DNA of 64,000 bases from Bacteroidota bacterium. GTDB taxonomy: Bacteria; Bacteroidota; Bacteroidia; JABEUT01. The DNA lies in NCBI GenBank assembly GCA_013289475.1, contig JABCZW010000002.1, forward strand, positions 12,265 to 76,264, read 5' to 3'. The translations under genes were made by a program, and so were the position numbers. The notes below the pieces were generated by a model. It was not told the origin of the DNA and did not search any database. It saw only the letters and a list, made by a program, of their open reading frames with translations. Positions 49,001-57,060 of the stretch are shown here, piece by piece. How positions within the stretch are numbered: position 1 is the stretch's first letter; every line of letters starts with the position of its first letter.

Positions 49001-49813
49001 AGCGGCCGGCCCGCTACCAGTGGGTATAGAAAAAGCATAGAGGTCAGTAAGTTTATTAGTAATCGGGTTAAATTTGAAAATAGTTCCATGTTTATTGGCA
49101 CCACCTCCTGATGTCATACCATAAAGCATTCCATTTGGCATTTGCAATAAATTACCATACGGGTTTGCCCCAAGGGTATCGTTAAAATTTAAAACGTCAG
49201 TATAACTATTCGTGGAAGTATCGAAACTGAAAATAACGCCATTACCGGAATAGTACCCTCCATATTCGGTCATTCCGTATAACTTTCCGTTTGTGGCTTG
49301 TATCAACGAGCCATATGGATACGCGCCATTACCAGTATTAAAATTGTGCAATACTTTATACAACTGTGTGTGAATATTAAAACTGAAAAGCACCCCATAT
49401 ACTGATGTTCCTCCCCTGTAATCCATACCATACATAAGGCCATTTGCAGCTTGCAAAAGATCTCCGTAAGGCGAATTACCATCTATGGTATAACCAATAT
49501 TATAGAGAGTAGGACATGCACCGGTGGCAAAACTATACCTGAACACTGTACCATTATCTTCATTTCCTGCATTCTCAGTTAATCCATAAAGATGGCCATC
49601 CGATCCCAGAATAAGTGATCCTAACGGAAGCCCACCTCCGTAAAAGTTATTAGTAAAATTGTATAGGGTAATTAAGGTATCTTTTGTAAGGTCGTATTTA
49701 AATATGTTTCCACCGCCACCACCTTGTGATGTCATTCCTAAAAGAGCATTCTGCGCATTTGAACTAGTAAAAGCAAGTACCAATACACATAAAAGGGAAA
49801 GTAGTTTTTTCAT
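46025..49813 (-). CDS. Giant secreted GloVer-repeat protein, tandem paralog of 41791-46014
   Basis: 1262-aa ORF. Signal peptide MKKLLSLLCVLVLAFTSSNAQ. GloVer repeats, Ig-like domain (YQWQVDTNTN...SGYTYRCVV), Ig-like repeats. The C-terminal ~330 aa is largely identical by eye to the neighbouring paralog, including the T9SS CTD. Confidence 0.8.
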   Translation of the reverse strand: MKKLLSLLCVLVLAFTSSNAQNALLGMTSQGGGGGNIFKYDLTKDTLITLYNFTNNFYGGGLPLGSLILGSDGHLYGLTENAGNEDNGTVFRYSFATGACPTLYNIGYTIDGNSPYGDLLQAANGLMYGMDYRGGTSVYGVLFSFNIHTQLYKVLHNFNTGNGAYPYGSLIQATNGKLYGMTEYGGYYSGNGVIFSFDTSTNSYTDVLNFNDTLGANPYGNLLQMPNGMLYGMTSGGGANKHGTIFKFNPITNKLTDLYAFSIPTGSGPAASLMMASNGLFYGTAGSGGAHGYGAIFTFDTNTNTYTDIFDFNDTLGATPYCTLTQATNGMIYGMAMNGGSVNYGTLFKINPATNVFTKILDFTGSNGQAPQWTRLLEVCVPAFINREPKNAIICPGGDTSFTVLASAGSPVTYQWQVDTNTNVFTNIINGGLYSGTTSTTLNITGAGVKMSGYTYRCVVSNGCVLKSITDTVKLTVDLPKITITSIPTNDTVCTGGKATLTATSIPGGGTYTWNNGITNSTSFKLAASGQYIVYAIDKYTCTNYDTVNLVLATLPIAGIIDKSTICRGIPDTVFASGGSSYIWNTGSIKNNIIITPASTSTYSVAIKNKAGCIKDTSITITILSLPVATIKGVNSICSGISDTIIAGGGISYVWSNGTTNNSIIVNPLSTTTYTVNVSSSTCTKDTTFSVTVNSLASLSIIGKTMVCPGLKDTITLSGGASYAWNTGATTNRIIVAPVSASTYSVTVKKGACILDTSISVAINPLPVISANYNIAICNGSYDTIRVSSVNNYKWSNGSTNDTIIINPATTTTYTLIANNGICLKDTSVVLTVNPIPLIIITGDSTICSGSSTKLTATGANSYLWFPGVITAANLSVSPAVTTTYTIIGTTNGCNGTATRTVNVAPSNGFDLASNLTVCIDTPSFSNASIQACIFNNRCMPVNGKLKLILDTALHITSMTADSVAHVSGDTLIWNYDSLSDIGKSHCVSLNGSISNIPAGDSAFVTLLITPTLGDSVPANNSVTYWVKPTEFKCQGLPFDPNEKSVIPQGDITATTLLNYTIHFQNTGKAVARNVVVMDTLSQFVDPTTLKVTSSSAEVVTTISSGNTVNFTFNAINLPDTAMSKTLSIGIVKYTILPLSTDVAGTQIKNHAGIYFDANPEIMTNTTVNTIPGAPLFVQNISTALNIAAFPNPFNSTTSIVFNVDGLHYLEVDDVTGRKLENIECNGKQYELNRKNLADGIYFIKAYDAEHKYIAVQKVVVQ

Positions 49814-49892
49814 TATTAGAGTTTACTGATACTCAAATATAGTAAAGAAAAAACGTAAATAATGCAGATGTTCTTAAGCTTTGAAAACCAGT

Positions 49893-50103
49893 TTATTGCA
49901 CCACTACCTTCCGCACAACCATGTACTTATATTTCAGCATCGAATATTTTTATAAAGTACATACCTACAGCTAAGGTACTACCTTGCAGTTCATATTGCT
50001 TGTCTGTGCATTCCATACTTTCAATTTTTTTGCCCGTTACATCATTTAGCTCTAAATAATGGACTCCGCCTGTGTTGAATACCACAATTGTTGTTGTAAA
50101 CGC
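49893..50103 (-). pseudogene. Decayed fragment of a third paralog: T9SS CTD remnant only
   Basis: The DNA aligns by eye with the 3' ends of both giant genes (ttattgcac.ac.accttc.gcac...ttcaatttttt.tgcc.g.tacatcat..agctctaa.taatg.actccgcctgtgttgaa.ac.a). The minus-frame translation ...NTGGVHYLELNDVTGKKIESMECTDKQYELQG... is interrupted by a stop and has no upstream body. Confidence 0.7.
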
Positions 50104-50223
50104 GTTATTGCTGCTCTGTTCTAATTTCCTTCTGCTCCCTTATAATAGGGGAATAGAAGTTTTTTTACTCAGTTATTTCATTAGTGATGGTACAAAAGAG
50201 AAAACAAGGTTAACTTGTGTAAA

Positions 50224-51621
50224 TCAATTAATAAATTTCTTCATTCCATGAATTATTCCTTTGCAATTGGACATGCCACAGAAACATTTAAATGGTTTCA
50301 TGGTTTCATCATAAATAGAAGAATAATCGAAGGTTAATTCTTCTTCTTTATTAATATCTGTTTTTGCATGGACATTTAAACCCACATATTCTGTGTTTGG
50401 GTTACAGGAATGGTTTTGTGGAGCCCAATTGTCCGGGTTCTCATTCCAGATAATATAAACTTCATTGCTAATTGGAACAGCATAACGCGCAAAAACATCC
50501 TGCTCTTCTTTGCTCCAATTTTCCTGAATCCATTTTCTTGTTACAATCCTGTGCGGTTTTTCTTCTCCACGAAAAATAATCTCTCCCTTAGCTATATCTT
50601 TAGTGGAATAAATCCCATATCCGGAAATACTGTTCCCTTGTCTTTTATACACTATTTGATTTCTCTGAAACCTTGCTATCCCTTCTTCAATAATATGCTT
50701 TAAGAAACCTGATTGACCAACACCATCAAAATCTAATATATAATCGGCTGTGCCTTTATGAATGCCAGTATAAAAAACTGAACAAGCAAAGTTAATTTCA
50801 AGAAAATAAAGATTATCATTGGTGTCTAACCGAAAGTCTAGTCTTGCATAACCATGCCCATTAAAAGCTTCAAAAATACATTTGCTGTATTCCTTCAACT
50901 GATTTTCGAATTTTGATTCGCAGGGAATGTTTGCATTGGAGGAGAGAAAAGAAGTTTTCAAGTCGTATGACTTATATTCATATCCTTTGGGAAATATATA
51001 TTCAACGGGTTTATATACTGTACTCGTTTTCCCATCAGCATTAGCGGCAACCAATACTGAAAATTCCCTACCTGCAATATATTCTTCGATAATGAGAGAA
51101 GCATAACTTTTAAAGAGTAGCTCGGCTTTTTTCTTTAAATCAGATTGATTTGTTATAAGCGAATCTTTATCAATACCTAAACTATCACCGGCATGAGCAG
51201 GTTTAATAAATAAAGGGTAATTCATTGCTCCAACCTTATTCTCGATATTGTCTCCTGTTTGAATAACCACAAAAGACGGTGTTTTAATATTTGCTGCATA
51301 AGCAACATATTTCATTAATTCTTTGGAAGGGTCGTACAAAAATGAAGCCGGCCCCGTGTGCGGTAACTTCAAAGTCTCAAGAAAGTACACTACATCAATG
51401 GACGGAATGTCCCAATCGAGGTAACCCTCGCATAAATTTACAAAAATGTCATAGCTTTTATTTGATAATGATTGTAGCTGCTTAAATGTAGTAAGTTTAT
51501 TTATAAAAACATAGTCAATATGACTTCCTGGAAATAAGTCGTCCAAATTTCTTGGAGGATCATAGTTTCTGTAATCTACTTTACTTGCCGAATAATCAGG
51601 CTGGAGTATACATATTTTCAT
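50224..51621 (-). CDS. Fusion protein: D-Ala-D-Ala-ligase-like ATP-grasp domain plus C-terminal SET / post-SET methyltransferase domain
   Basis: 465-aa ORF. ATP-grasp strings YPLFIKPAHAGDSLGI, LIIEEYIAGREFSV, GYARLDFRLDTNDNLYFLEINF. SET strings GYGIYSTKDIAKGEIIF, APQNHSCNPN, ELTFDYS. Post-SET CFCGMSNCKG (CxCxxxxC). Confidence 0.75.
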   Translation of the reverse strand: MKICILQPDYSASKVDYRNYDPPRNLDDLFPGSHIDYVFINKLTTFKQLQSLSNKSYDIFVNLCEGYLDWDIPSIDVVYFLETLKLPHTGPASFLYDPSKELMKYVAYAANIKTPSFVVIQTGDNIENKVGAMNYPLFIKPAHAGDSLGIDKDSLITNQSDLKKKAELLFKSYASLIIEEYIAGREFSVLVAANADGKTSTVYKPVEYIFPKGYEYKSYDLKTSFLSSNANIPCESKFENQLKEYSKCIFEAFNGHGYARLDFRLDTNDNLYFLEINFACSVFYTGIHKGTADYILDFDGVGQSGFLKHIIEEGIARFQRNQIVYKRQGNSISGYGIYSTKDIAKGEIIFRGEEKPHRIVTRKWIQENWSKEEQDVFARYAVPISNEVYIIWNENPDNWAPQNHSCNPNTEYVGLNVHAKTDINKEEELTFDYSSIYDETMKPFKCFCGMSNCKGIIHGMKKFIN

Positions 51622-51775
51622 TATTTTTAAGTAAACTTTAGGCTTGCTTTGACTTGTATTAAGTAGGGTAAATCACTTGGCCAATGATTCCTTCGCAATA
51701 CAAGAGTAAAACTAACATTTTAATATAACATCCTTACACGTCATATTTATAATTTCTATTCGTTATAAACAAGCC

Positions 51776-52126
51776 ATGAAAAAAGTATATCATCTTTCAA
51801 GCTGCTCCACGTGCCAAAAAATCATTAAAGATCTGCAACTGAGAGAAAAAGGTTTTGTATTGCAAGATATAAAGACGGAAAAGATAACTTCGCCGCAGTT
51901 AGATAAGATGATAGAAATGGCCGGCTCTGTTGACCCTTTATTTAGTACCAAGGCCATTAAGTACAGAGAGCTTGGATTAAAGGACAAAAAATTAACTGAT
52001 AGGGAAAAGAAGGACTATATTCTGAGTGAATATACTTTTCTTAAAAGGCCAGTTATAATTGTGAGCTTAAAAATATTTGCGGGTAGCTCATCTGAAACAA
52101 TCTCTCGGGTTAAATCTATACTATGA
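51776..52126 (+). CDS. ArsC/Spx-family (glutaredoxin-fold) protein
   Basis: 116-aa ORF. MKKVYHLSSCSTCQKIIKDL (CxxC-type N-terminus of the ArsC family) and FLKRPVII. Confidence 0.7.
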   Translation: MKKVYHLSSCSTCQKIIKDLQLREKGFVLQDIKTEKITSPQLDKMIEMAGSVDPLFSTKAIKYRELGLKDKKLTDREKKDYILSEYTFLKRPVIIVSLKIFAGSSSETISRVKSIL

Positions 52127-52174
52127 TGGTACTATCAGCTTTTGGAGTGCTTTAAGTAAATAAAATCATAAAAA

Positions 52175-52774
52175 ATGACAGATTTAAAATCAATTTATAA
52201 TGGTACTATGAAATACACATATAATGGTGTATTATGTTTAAAAAACCCATTCGATTTTGCTATTTACCAGCAAATCATATTCAATATTGCTCCTGATTTA
52301 ATACTTGAAATAGGTACTAATCATGGTGGATCGGCGTTGTATTTGGCTGATTTATTAAATGTAACTAGTAACGGAATAGTCTATTCTATAGATATTACCG
52401 ACAATGACATCGACAAAAAAGTAATGTTACATCCAAGAATAAAACTTTTTTCTAGCGGTTGGCAGAATTTTGATGTGGGTCTTATGAAGAAATTCAAAAA
52501 AGTTATTGTTATAGATGATGGCTCACATCAATATAAAGATGTTTTAGGAGCGTTAAATAAATTCAGCTCTTTTGTCACTAATGATTCGTATTATATTGTT
52601 GAAGATGGGGTTATTAATCAATTGGGGTTAGAATCTCAATATGATAGAGGGCCTTTAAGAGCTATAAATGATTTTTTAAAAGGTAATAAGAACTTTATGG
52701 TAGATAGATACTTATGTAATTATTTCGGAGAAAGTACCACATTTAATACTGATGGCTATTTGAAAAGGTTATAG
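52175..52774 (+). CDS. CmcI / cephalosporin-hydroxylase-family class-I SAM-dependent methyltransferase
   Basis: 199-aa ORF. KNPFDFAIYQQIIFNIAPDLILEIGTNHGGSALYLADL and VIVIDDGSH match the CmcI-family pattern as I recall it. Confidence 0.65.
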   Translation: MTDLKSIYNGTMKYTYNGVLCLKNPFDFAIYQQIIFNIAPDLILEIGTNHGGSALYLADLLNVTSNGIVYSIDITDNDIDKKVMLHPRIKLFSSGWQNFDVGLMKKFKKVIVIDDGSHQYKDVLGALNKFSSFVTNDSYYIVEDGVINQLGLESQYDRGPLRAINDFLKGNKNFMVDRYLCNYFGESTTFNTDGYLKRL

Positions 52775-52781
52775 AAATACT

Positions 52782-52789
52782 TATATTTG
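52782..52789 (+). promoter_or_regulatory. Candidate -7 box TATATTTG for the 52828 GloVer gene
   Basis: Perfect TAnnTTTG, 38 nt upstream of the ATG. Confidence 0.35.
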
Positions 52790-52827
52790 AAAAGCAAGGT
52801 TCAGTTGTTGAAAAAAACCGATGTAAT

Positions 52828-54219
52828 ATGAAAAACAATACCTTTCTGATTATTGCATTATTTTGTTTGAAATTAGTAGCAGTAAATGCACAAGATACAG
52901 TCCTATTCAATTTTAATGGAACAAACGGAAAAAATCCTCATGCTTCATTAACACTTAGTGGAAATGTGCTATACGGTATGACAGAAAATGGAGGGTTAAA
53001 TGATAGTGGTTGTATATTTTCCATCAATACTAATAGTAAAGCATTTCAAGACCTTTACGATTTTAAGGGACCTCAGGGGAAACTGCCCTATGGCTCATTA
53101 ACTATTGCGGGGCGAAAATTATATGGAATGACTTATTCAGGAGGAGCTAAAGGTGATGGGGTCATTTTTTCTGTAGATACAAATGGCAAAGGATATAAGG
53201 ACCTGCTTGATTTTAATGGAATAAATGGGCAAAATTCTACCGGCTCATTAGTTATTGCCGGAAACAAATTATATGGAATGTCACAATTTGGAGGTTCAAA
53301 ATCTGAAGGGCTTGTTTTCTGCATAGATACGAATGGTAATGGTTTTAAGGATTTGCTTGATTTTAATAATTCAAATGGATTATATCCTACCGGCTCATTA
53401 ATTATAGCGGGAAACAAACTATACGGAATGACTTATTTTGGTGGTACGAGTGCCGATGGAGTTGTTTTTTATATAGATACTAATGGCAGCGGATATAAAA
53501 AATTGCTTGATTTTAATGGAACAAATGGTAAAGAACCGTATGGCGCATTAACCATTGCGGGCAATAAATTATATGGTATGACATATGCAGGAGGTGCAAG
53601 CTCAGATGGGGTAATTTTTTCGGTAGATACGGGTGGAGGCGGATACAAAGATCTACTTGATTTTAGTGGACCAAACGGGCAAAACCCTTTAGGCTCATTA
53701 ACTATTGCAGGGGATATTTTATATGGAATGACAGCCAGCGGTGGTAGTATTGCCGGAAATATTTTTTCAATTGATTCAAATGGTACCGGATATAAAGACC
53801 TGCTAAATTTTAATGGAACAGATGGCCAAGGGCCGGCAGGCGATATCTTGATTTCAGGAAACCTGCTTTATGGATTGGCATGGCAAGGTGGAAGTAGTTC
53901 TGACGGAGTTATTTTCAGATATAAAGACACTAATATAATAACATCGACTAATAATATAAATACAACTACCGAACAGGTAAAACTATTTCCAGATCCTACA
54001 AACGGTGATATTACAATTGAATTAAAGGGAGCAATAAATATGGCACATATTGAAATATACAATATACTTGGAGAAGTTATTTATACCGCACAACTAAAAG
54101 CATCCATCACCCAAATAAATTTAAATAATAATGCTTCGGGGGTATATTTATACCGGGTACTCACAGAATCTGGTGGGTTAATTTCACAGGGAAGGCTGTT
54201 ACTTCAAAAAGTTAAATAA
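52828..54219 (+). CDS. Secreted GloVer (Gloeo_Verruco) repeat protein with T9SS type-A CTD
   Basis: 463-aa ORF. Signal peptide ...KLVAVNAQ. Seven or eight very regular ~48-aa repeats (GG...DGVIFS.DTNG.GYKDLLDFNG.NG..P.GSL.IAGNKLYGMT). C-terminus LFPDPTNGDITIELK...GVYLYRVLTESGGLISQGRLLLQKVK. Confidence 0.8.
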   Translation: MKNNTFLIIALFCLKLVAVNAQDTVLFNFNGTNGKNPHASLTLSGNVLYGMTENGGLNDSGCIFSINTNSKAFQDLYDFKGPQGKLPYGSLTIAGRKLYGMTYSGGAKGDGVIFSVDTNGKGYKDLLDFNGINGQNSTGSLVIAGNKLYGMSQFGGSKSEGLVFCIDTNGNGFKDLLDFNNSNGLYPTGSLIIAGNKLYGMTYFGGTSADGVVFYIDTNGSGYKKLLDFNGTNGKEPYGALTIAGNKLYGMTYAGGASSDGVIFSVDTGGGGYKDLLDFSGPNGQNPLGSLTIAGDILYGMTASGGSIAGNIFSIDSNGTGYKDLLNFNGTDGQGPAGDILISGNLLYGLAWQGGSSSDGVIFRYKDTNIITSTNNINTTTEQVKLFPDPTNGDITIELKGAINMAHIEIYNILGEVIYTAQLKASITQINLNNNASGVYLYRVLTESGGLISQGRLLLQKVK

Positions 54220-54351
54220 CCACAATAAGAGGGTTACTATTAAGTTTTTGTTTATCGCCGAAAATATTATATTTGCCGCGTACAATACTGCTCTTATCGC
54301 AATTAATATTTATTGTAAATTTTAATACAAATCTCTTTTGCAGATTACCAC

Positions 54352-55083
54352 ATGGCAACAAGACTAAATGTAATAACTGTCGATGATGATCCGGCAATAC
54401 ATGAAACTGTTAAAAAGTTTTGCTCCGGTTCGCAGTCAATAAATATTGTTGACGGATATATTTCTCCAAAAGCATTTCTTGAAGCCCTGCCGGTGCTGAA
54501 TTTCGATTTATGCCTGCTTGATATATATATGCCCGAAATTAATGGCTTTGATGTTGCTGACATATTAAAAGAAAAAAATAAAGGCGTTGTTTTCTTTTCG
54601 GGGGTAGACAAAAAACTATTAAAAGCATTAGAATTAGATTTCCCGATAGATGTAATTCCTAAGCCAATTAAAAAAAACAGGTTATTTGCTGCACTTGAAA
54701 AGGCCCGAAAAATTGGCACGAAATTGCCCCTGTTTAAGGAATATGAGGTTTTTCATTGCATATCTCCCAAAGGAAAAGTTCATTTAAAATTGAACGATAT
54801 TGTTCATGTAAGAGTAGATAATACTGATTGCCGCAACAAACAAGTAGCCATGAAAGATGGCAACTTGTACGTAATTGGTAGTTGTACCTTAGAGAAACTT
54901 CTTAACCTTTCTCCAACACTCATACAGGTAAATAAAACAGAATTAATTTCGGTTGATTATATACATACATTTGATTTTGATAAAGTTTTAATGAAAGGAA
55001 TTTTGGTGAACGGAAAAAACAAAGAAGTATCTATAAACAGAAGTTATAGAAAAATTTTCCAGGCTCGCTTAGAATCTATTTAG
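54352..55083 (+). CDS. LytTR-family response regulator (receiver plus LytTR DNA-binding domain), orphan
   Basis: 243-aa ORF. Receiver ITVDDDPAIHE...DLCLLDIYMPEINGFDV...IPKP. C-terminal LytTR-like LKLNDIVHVRVDNTDC...IQVNKTELISVDYI. No histidine kinase gene in the window. Confidence 0.85.
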   Translation: MATRLNVITVDDDPAIHETVKKFCSGSQSINIVDGYISPKAFLEALPVLNFDLCLLDIYMPEINGFDVADILKEKNKGVVFFSGVDKKLLKALELDFPIDVIPKPIKKNRLFAALEKARKIGTKLPLFKEYEVFHCISPKGKVHLKLNDIVHVRVDNTDCRNKQVAMKDGNLYVIGSCTLEKLLNLSPTLIQVNKTELISVDYIHTFDFDKVLMKGILVNGKNKEVSINRSYRKIFQARLESI

Positions 55084-55146
55084 TGCATTTCACTACATAA
55101 AAAGTGCAACTCACTACATAAAAGTTGCCACTCGCTACAACTTCAC
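55084..55146 (+). promoter_or_regulatory. Three direct repeats at exact 21-bp phasing (candidate LytTR operator)
   Basis: TGCATTTCACTACATAAAAAG / TGCAACTCACTACATAAAAGT / TGCCACTCGCTACAACTTCAC start at 55084, 55105 and 55126. They begin right after the regulator's stop codon and lie ~100 nt upstream of the 55243 start. The palindrome tttcgca-tatat-tgcgaaa follows at 55161-55179. Confidence 0.55.
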
Positions 55147-55242
55147 ATTTGGTTTAAATCTTTCGCATATATTGCGAAACTGAATTCATATACTTTAATA
55201 CTACTTGTTTCGTTATTATTTATGAACAGATACTGCTGACAA

Positions 55243-56172
55243 ATGCTAACATACAAAAAACCACTACTCTTAACACTACTACTAATTTCGCAAATGACAA
55301 TCTCTCAGAAAAAAATTGCAAGACAAAAAACAGAGAAAAGTTTTTCGATCGTACTTTTCAACAGCGAAATGCAGAGAGTAGCTGGAGCAACGGTTATTAT
55401 AAATAATAAGAAAGCAGTTTTTAATGAAGTTAAGAGCGAGTATATAATTGACACCACTGCCAAAGGTTTTATATTAATAGAAATAGTAAAGGAAGGGTAT
55501 GAGCCATATAAGGAAAAAGTATTTGTAAAAAACAATGAAGATAGCAAAGTTGTTTATCTTTTAAAAAAAGGAGAATCTTATTACTACACTGATGATGTTA
55601 AGGTTCCGTACTTGGAAAATAAACGCCTTATCCTAGTTTCCTTTCAAGGTAAGGAATTGGAAACATATCTTAACACAACACATTTAAAGTACAAGAAATA
55701 TCCTGATTATTTAATAGGAGGTAAGGGATATAGCGATTCTTCATGTAGAGGGCCTAGAAATACCCTTGTTATTTACAAACAAGATTCAAGCGATTTCCCA
55801 ATGAATAATTGCACTGAATTAAAAGAGATACGGGAAATTAAAGGTGTCCATTTTGCCGGCCCATTTATTTATTATCGAGGAAACCCACATCCTCCATTTA
55901 CATACTCAAATAGCTTTACTGTTCAAATCTCGCCCGATAATTCTTCTCAAGAGGTTGCCGAGAAGGCTATGTATCATAAATTACTGAAGTGTCTGTCAGA
56001 TTTGGGGATTAAAGAAGATGAAGTTAAACATCATTATGAAAATCAGTATATAATTACACTTTCTGACAAATCTGTTAACCAAGGGATAATTCAAATCATG
56101 GAGCATGTAAGAGATTGTAATGTTGTTGAAGAGTTAAATTCAGACATATTACTATATACAGGGATTGATTAA
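55243..56172 (+). CDS. Secreted protein of unknown function (N-terminal carboxypeptidase-regulatory-like beta-sandwich)
   Basis: 309-aa ORF. Signal-like MLTYKKPLLLTLLLISQMTISQ. VAGATVIINNK...FILIEIVKEGYEPYKEKVFV resembles CarbopepD_reg. The rest is unassigned. Confidence 0.5.
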   Translation: MLTYKKPLLLTLLLISQMTISQKKIARQKTEKSFSIVLFNSEMQRVAGATVIINNKKAVFNEVKSEYIIDTTAKGFILIEIVKEGYEPYKEKVFVKNNEDSKVVYLLKKGESYYYTDDVKVPYLENKRLILVSFQGKELETYLNTTHLKYKKYPDYLIGGKGYSDSSCRGPRNTLVIYKQDSSDFPMNNCTELKEIREIKGVHFAGPFIYYRGNPHPPFTYSNSFTVQISPDNSSQEVAEKAMYHKLLKCLSDLGIKEDEVKHHYENQYIITLSDKSVNQGIIQIMEHVRDCNVVEELNSDILLYTGID

Positions 56173-56184
56173 AAACAAATTATT

Positions 56185-56478
56185 ATGCCCCACTCTTATT
56201 TAAGCAGCATTAATGTAATGCTTGATGAGGGAAAATTAACACAGTATAAAAAGCGGTTTGTAATTTTTGGGACAGAGGATGACTCGAAGTTATGGGCAGA
56301 AGTTAAAAAACAGACAGCAAGTACTAACAAGGCTGTTACTGATCGGGCAGATAGTTTACACATACTTCAAAAGGCGGACTCTGAAGCAATTTCTTATATA
56401 CAATCCATGTTAGATTCTATAAGATATAAGCGGGTCCCCATTACATTTCAAGATACTGCTAAGCATAAATTGAATTAA
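56185..56478 (+). CDS. Small hypothetical protein, probably co-transcribed with 55243-56172
   Basis: 97-aa ORF, 12 nt downstream of the previous stop. No recognisable motif. Confidence 0.4.
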   Translation: MPHSYLSSINVMLDEGKLTQYKKRFVIFGTEDDSKLWAEVKKQTASTNKAVTDRADSLHILQKADSEAISYIQSMLDSIRYKRVPITFQDTAKHKLN

Positions 56479-56679
56479 AATTTTGCAAGGCAGCCAAATT
56501 AAAGCTGTTTATAAAAGATAGGGACATTATTAGAGTATGCTACAACATTGGCATATAATTGGGTTGATACCCCGATGGAGCCGTATAGTGCTTAGGTTGC
56601 AGATATATTTAAAGACAAATCTATTTGTCTTTCGTATCAAGATACGACCTTTGGCGATTATGCTAAAAACGGCAGTTAT

Positions 56680-57027
56680 TTGTATGAAATAATTGATTCT
56701 AAAGATGGAAAAGATTCCATGAAAGATTCAATTACTTCTACTTTTCTTGTGTTTTTTGTTTATGCTTTATTCAATTTATTGATAACCATTATATCATTCC
56801 CAAAATTGTTGCATCAAGAGTTCAAATTAACGCCCTTGTTTCAGTTATTGTTGTTCTGGCAGGTGGTGCAATATGAGGTGTTCCAGGCATGTTTCTTTCC
56901 ATTCTGTTAACGGCAATTATTAAAGTTATTTTTTGACCATATGGAGCCTTTAAAGCCTGTGGGGTTTCTTCTGGGGAATATCGTTCCTACAGCGTCAAGG
57001 TTTGCCTTCGTTAAAAAGAAGAAATAG
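56680..57027 (+). pseudogene. 5'-truncated, disrupted AI-2E (PerM/YhhT) family transporter gene remnant
   Basis: Stitching frames gives ...FIQFIDNHYIIPKIVASRVQINALVSVIVVLAGGAI*GVPGMFLSILLTAIIKVIF(fs)DHMEPLKPVGFLLGNIVP...KKKK*, the canonical C-terminal third of AI-2E transporters. There is an in-frame TGA at 56874-56876 (expected Trp). There is a frameshift in the T-run at ~56928-56934 and probably another near 56760. Only ~550 nt are available, whereas a full gene needs ~1 kb. The 5' boundary is uncertain. Confidence 0.7.
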
Positions 57028-57060
57028 TAATTATTACTTATGGGTCAGAGGAGAGCTGAG

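Noticed and set aside
49862-50059. A 65-aa plus-strand ORF upstream of the giant paralogs.
   Set aside because: It is the antisense reading of the decayed T9SS CTD remnant (49893-50103, minus strand).
56680-56910. A 76-aa ORF (MYEIIDSKDGKDS...) listed in the ORF track.
   Set aside because: It is one frame of the disrupted AI-2E transporter remnant, not an independent gene.
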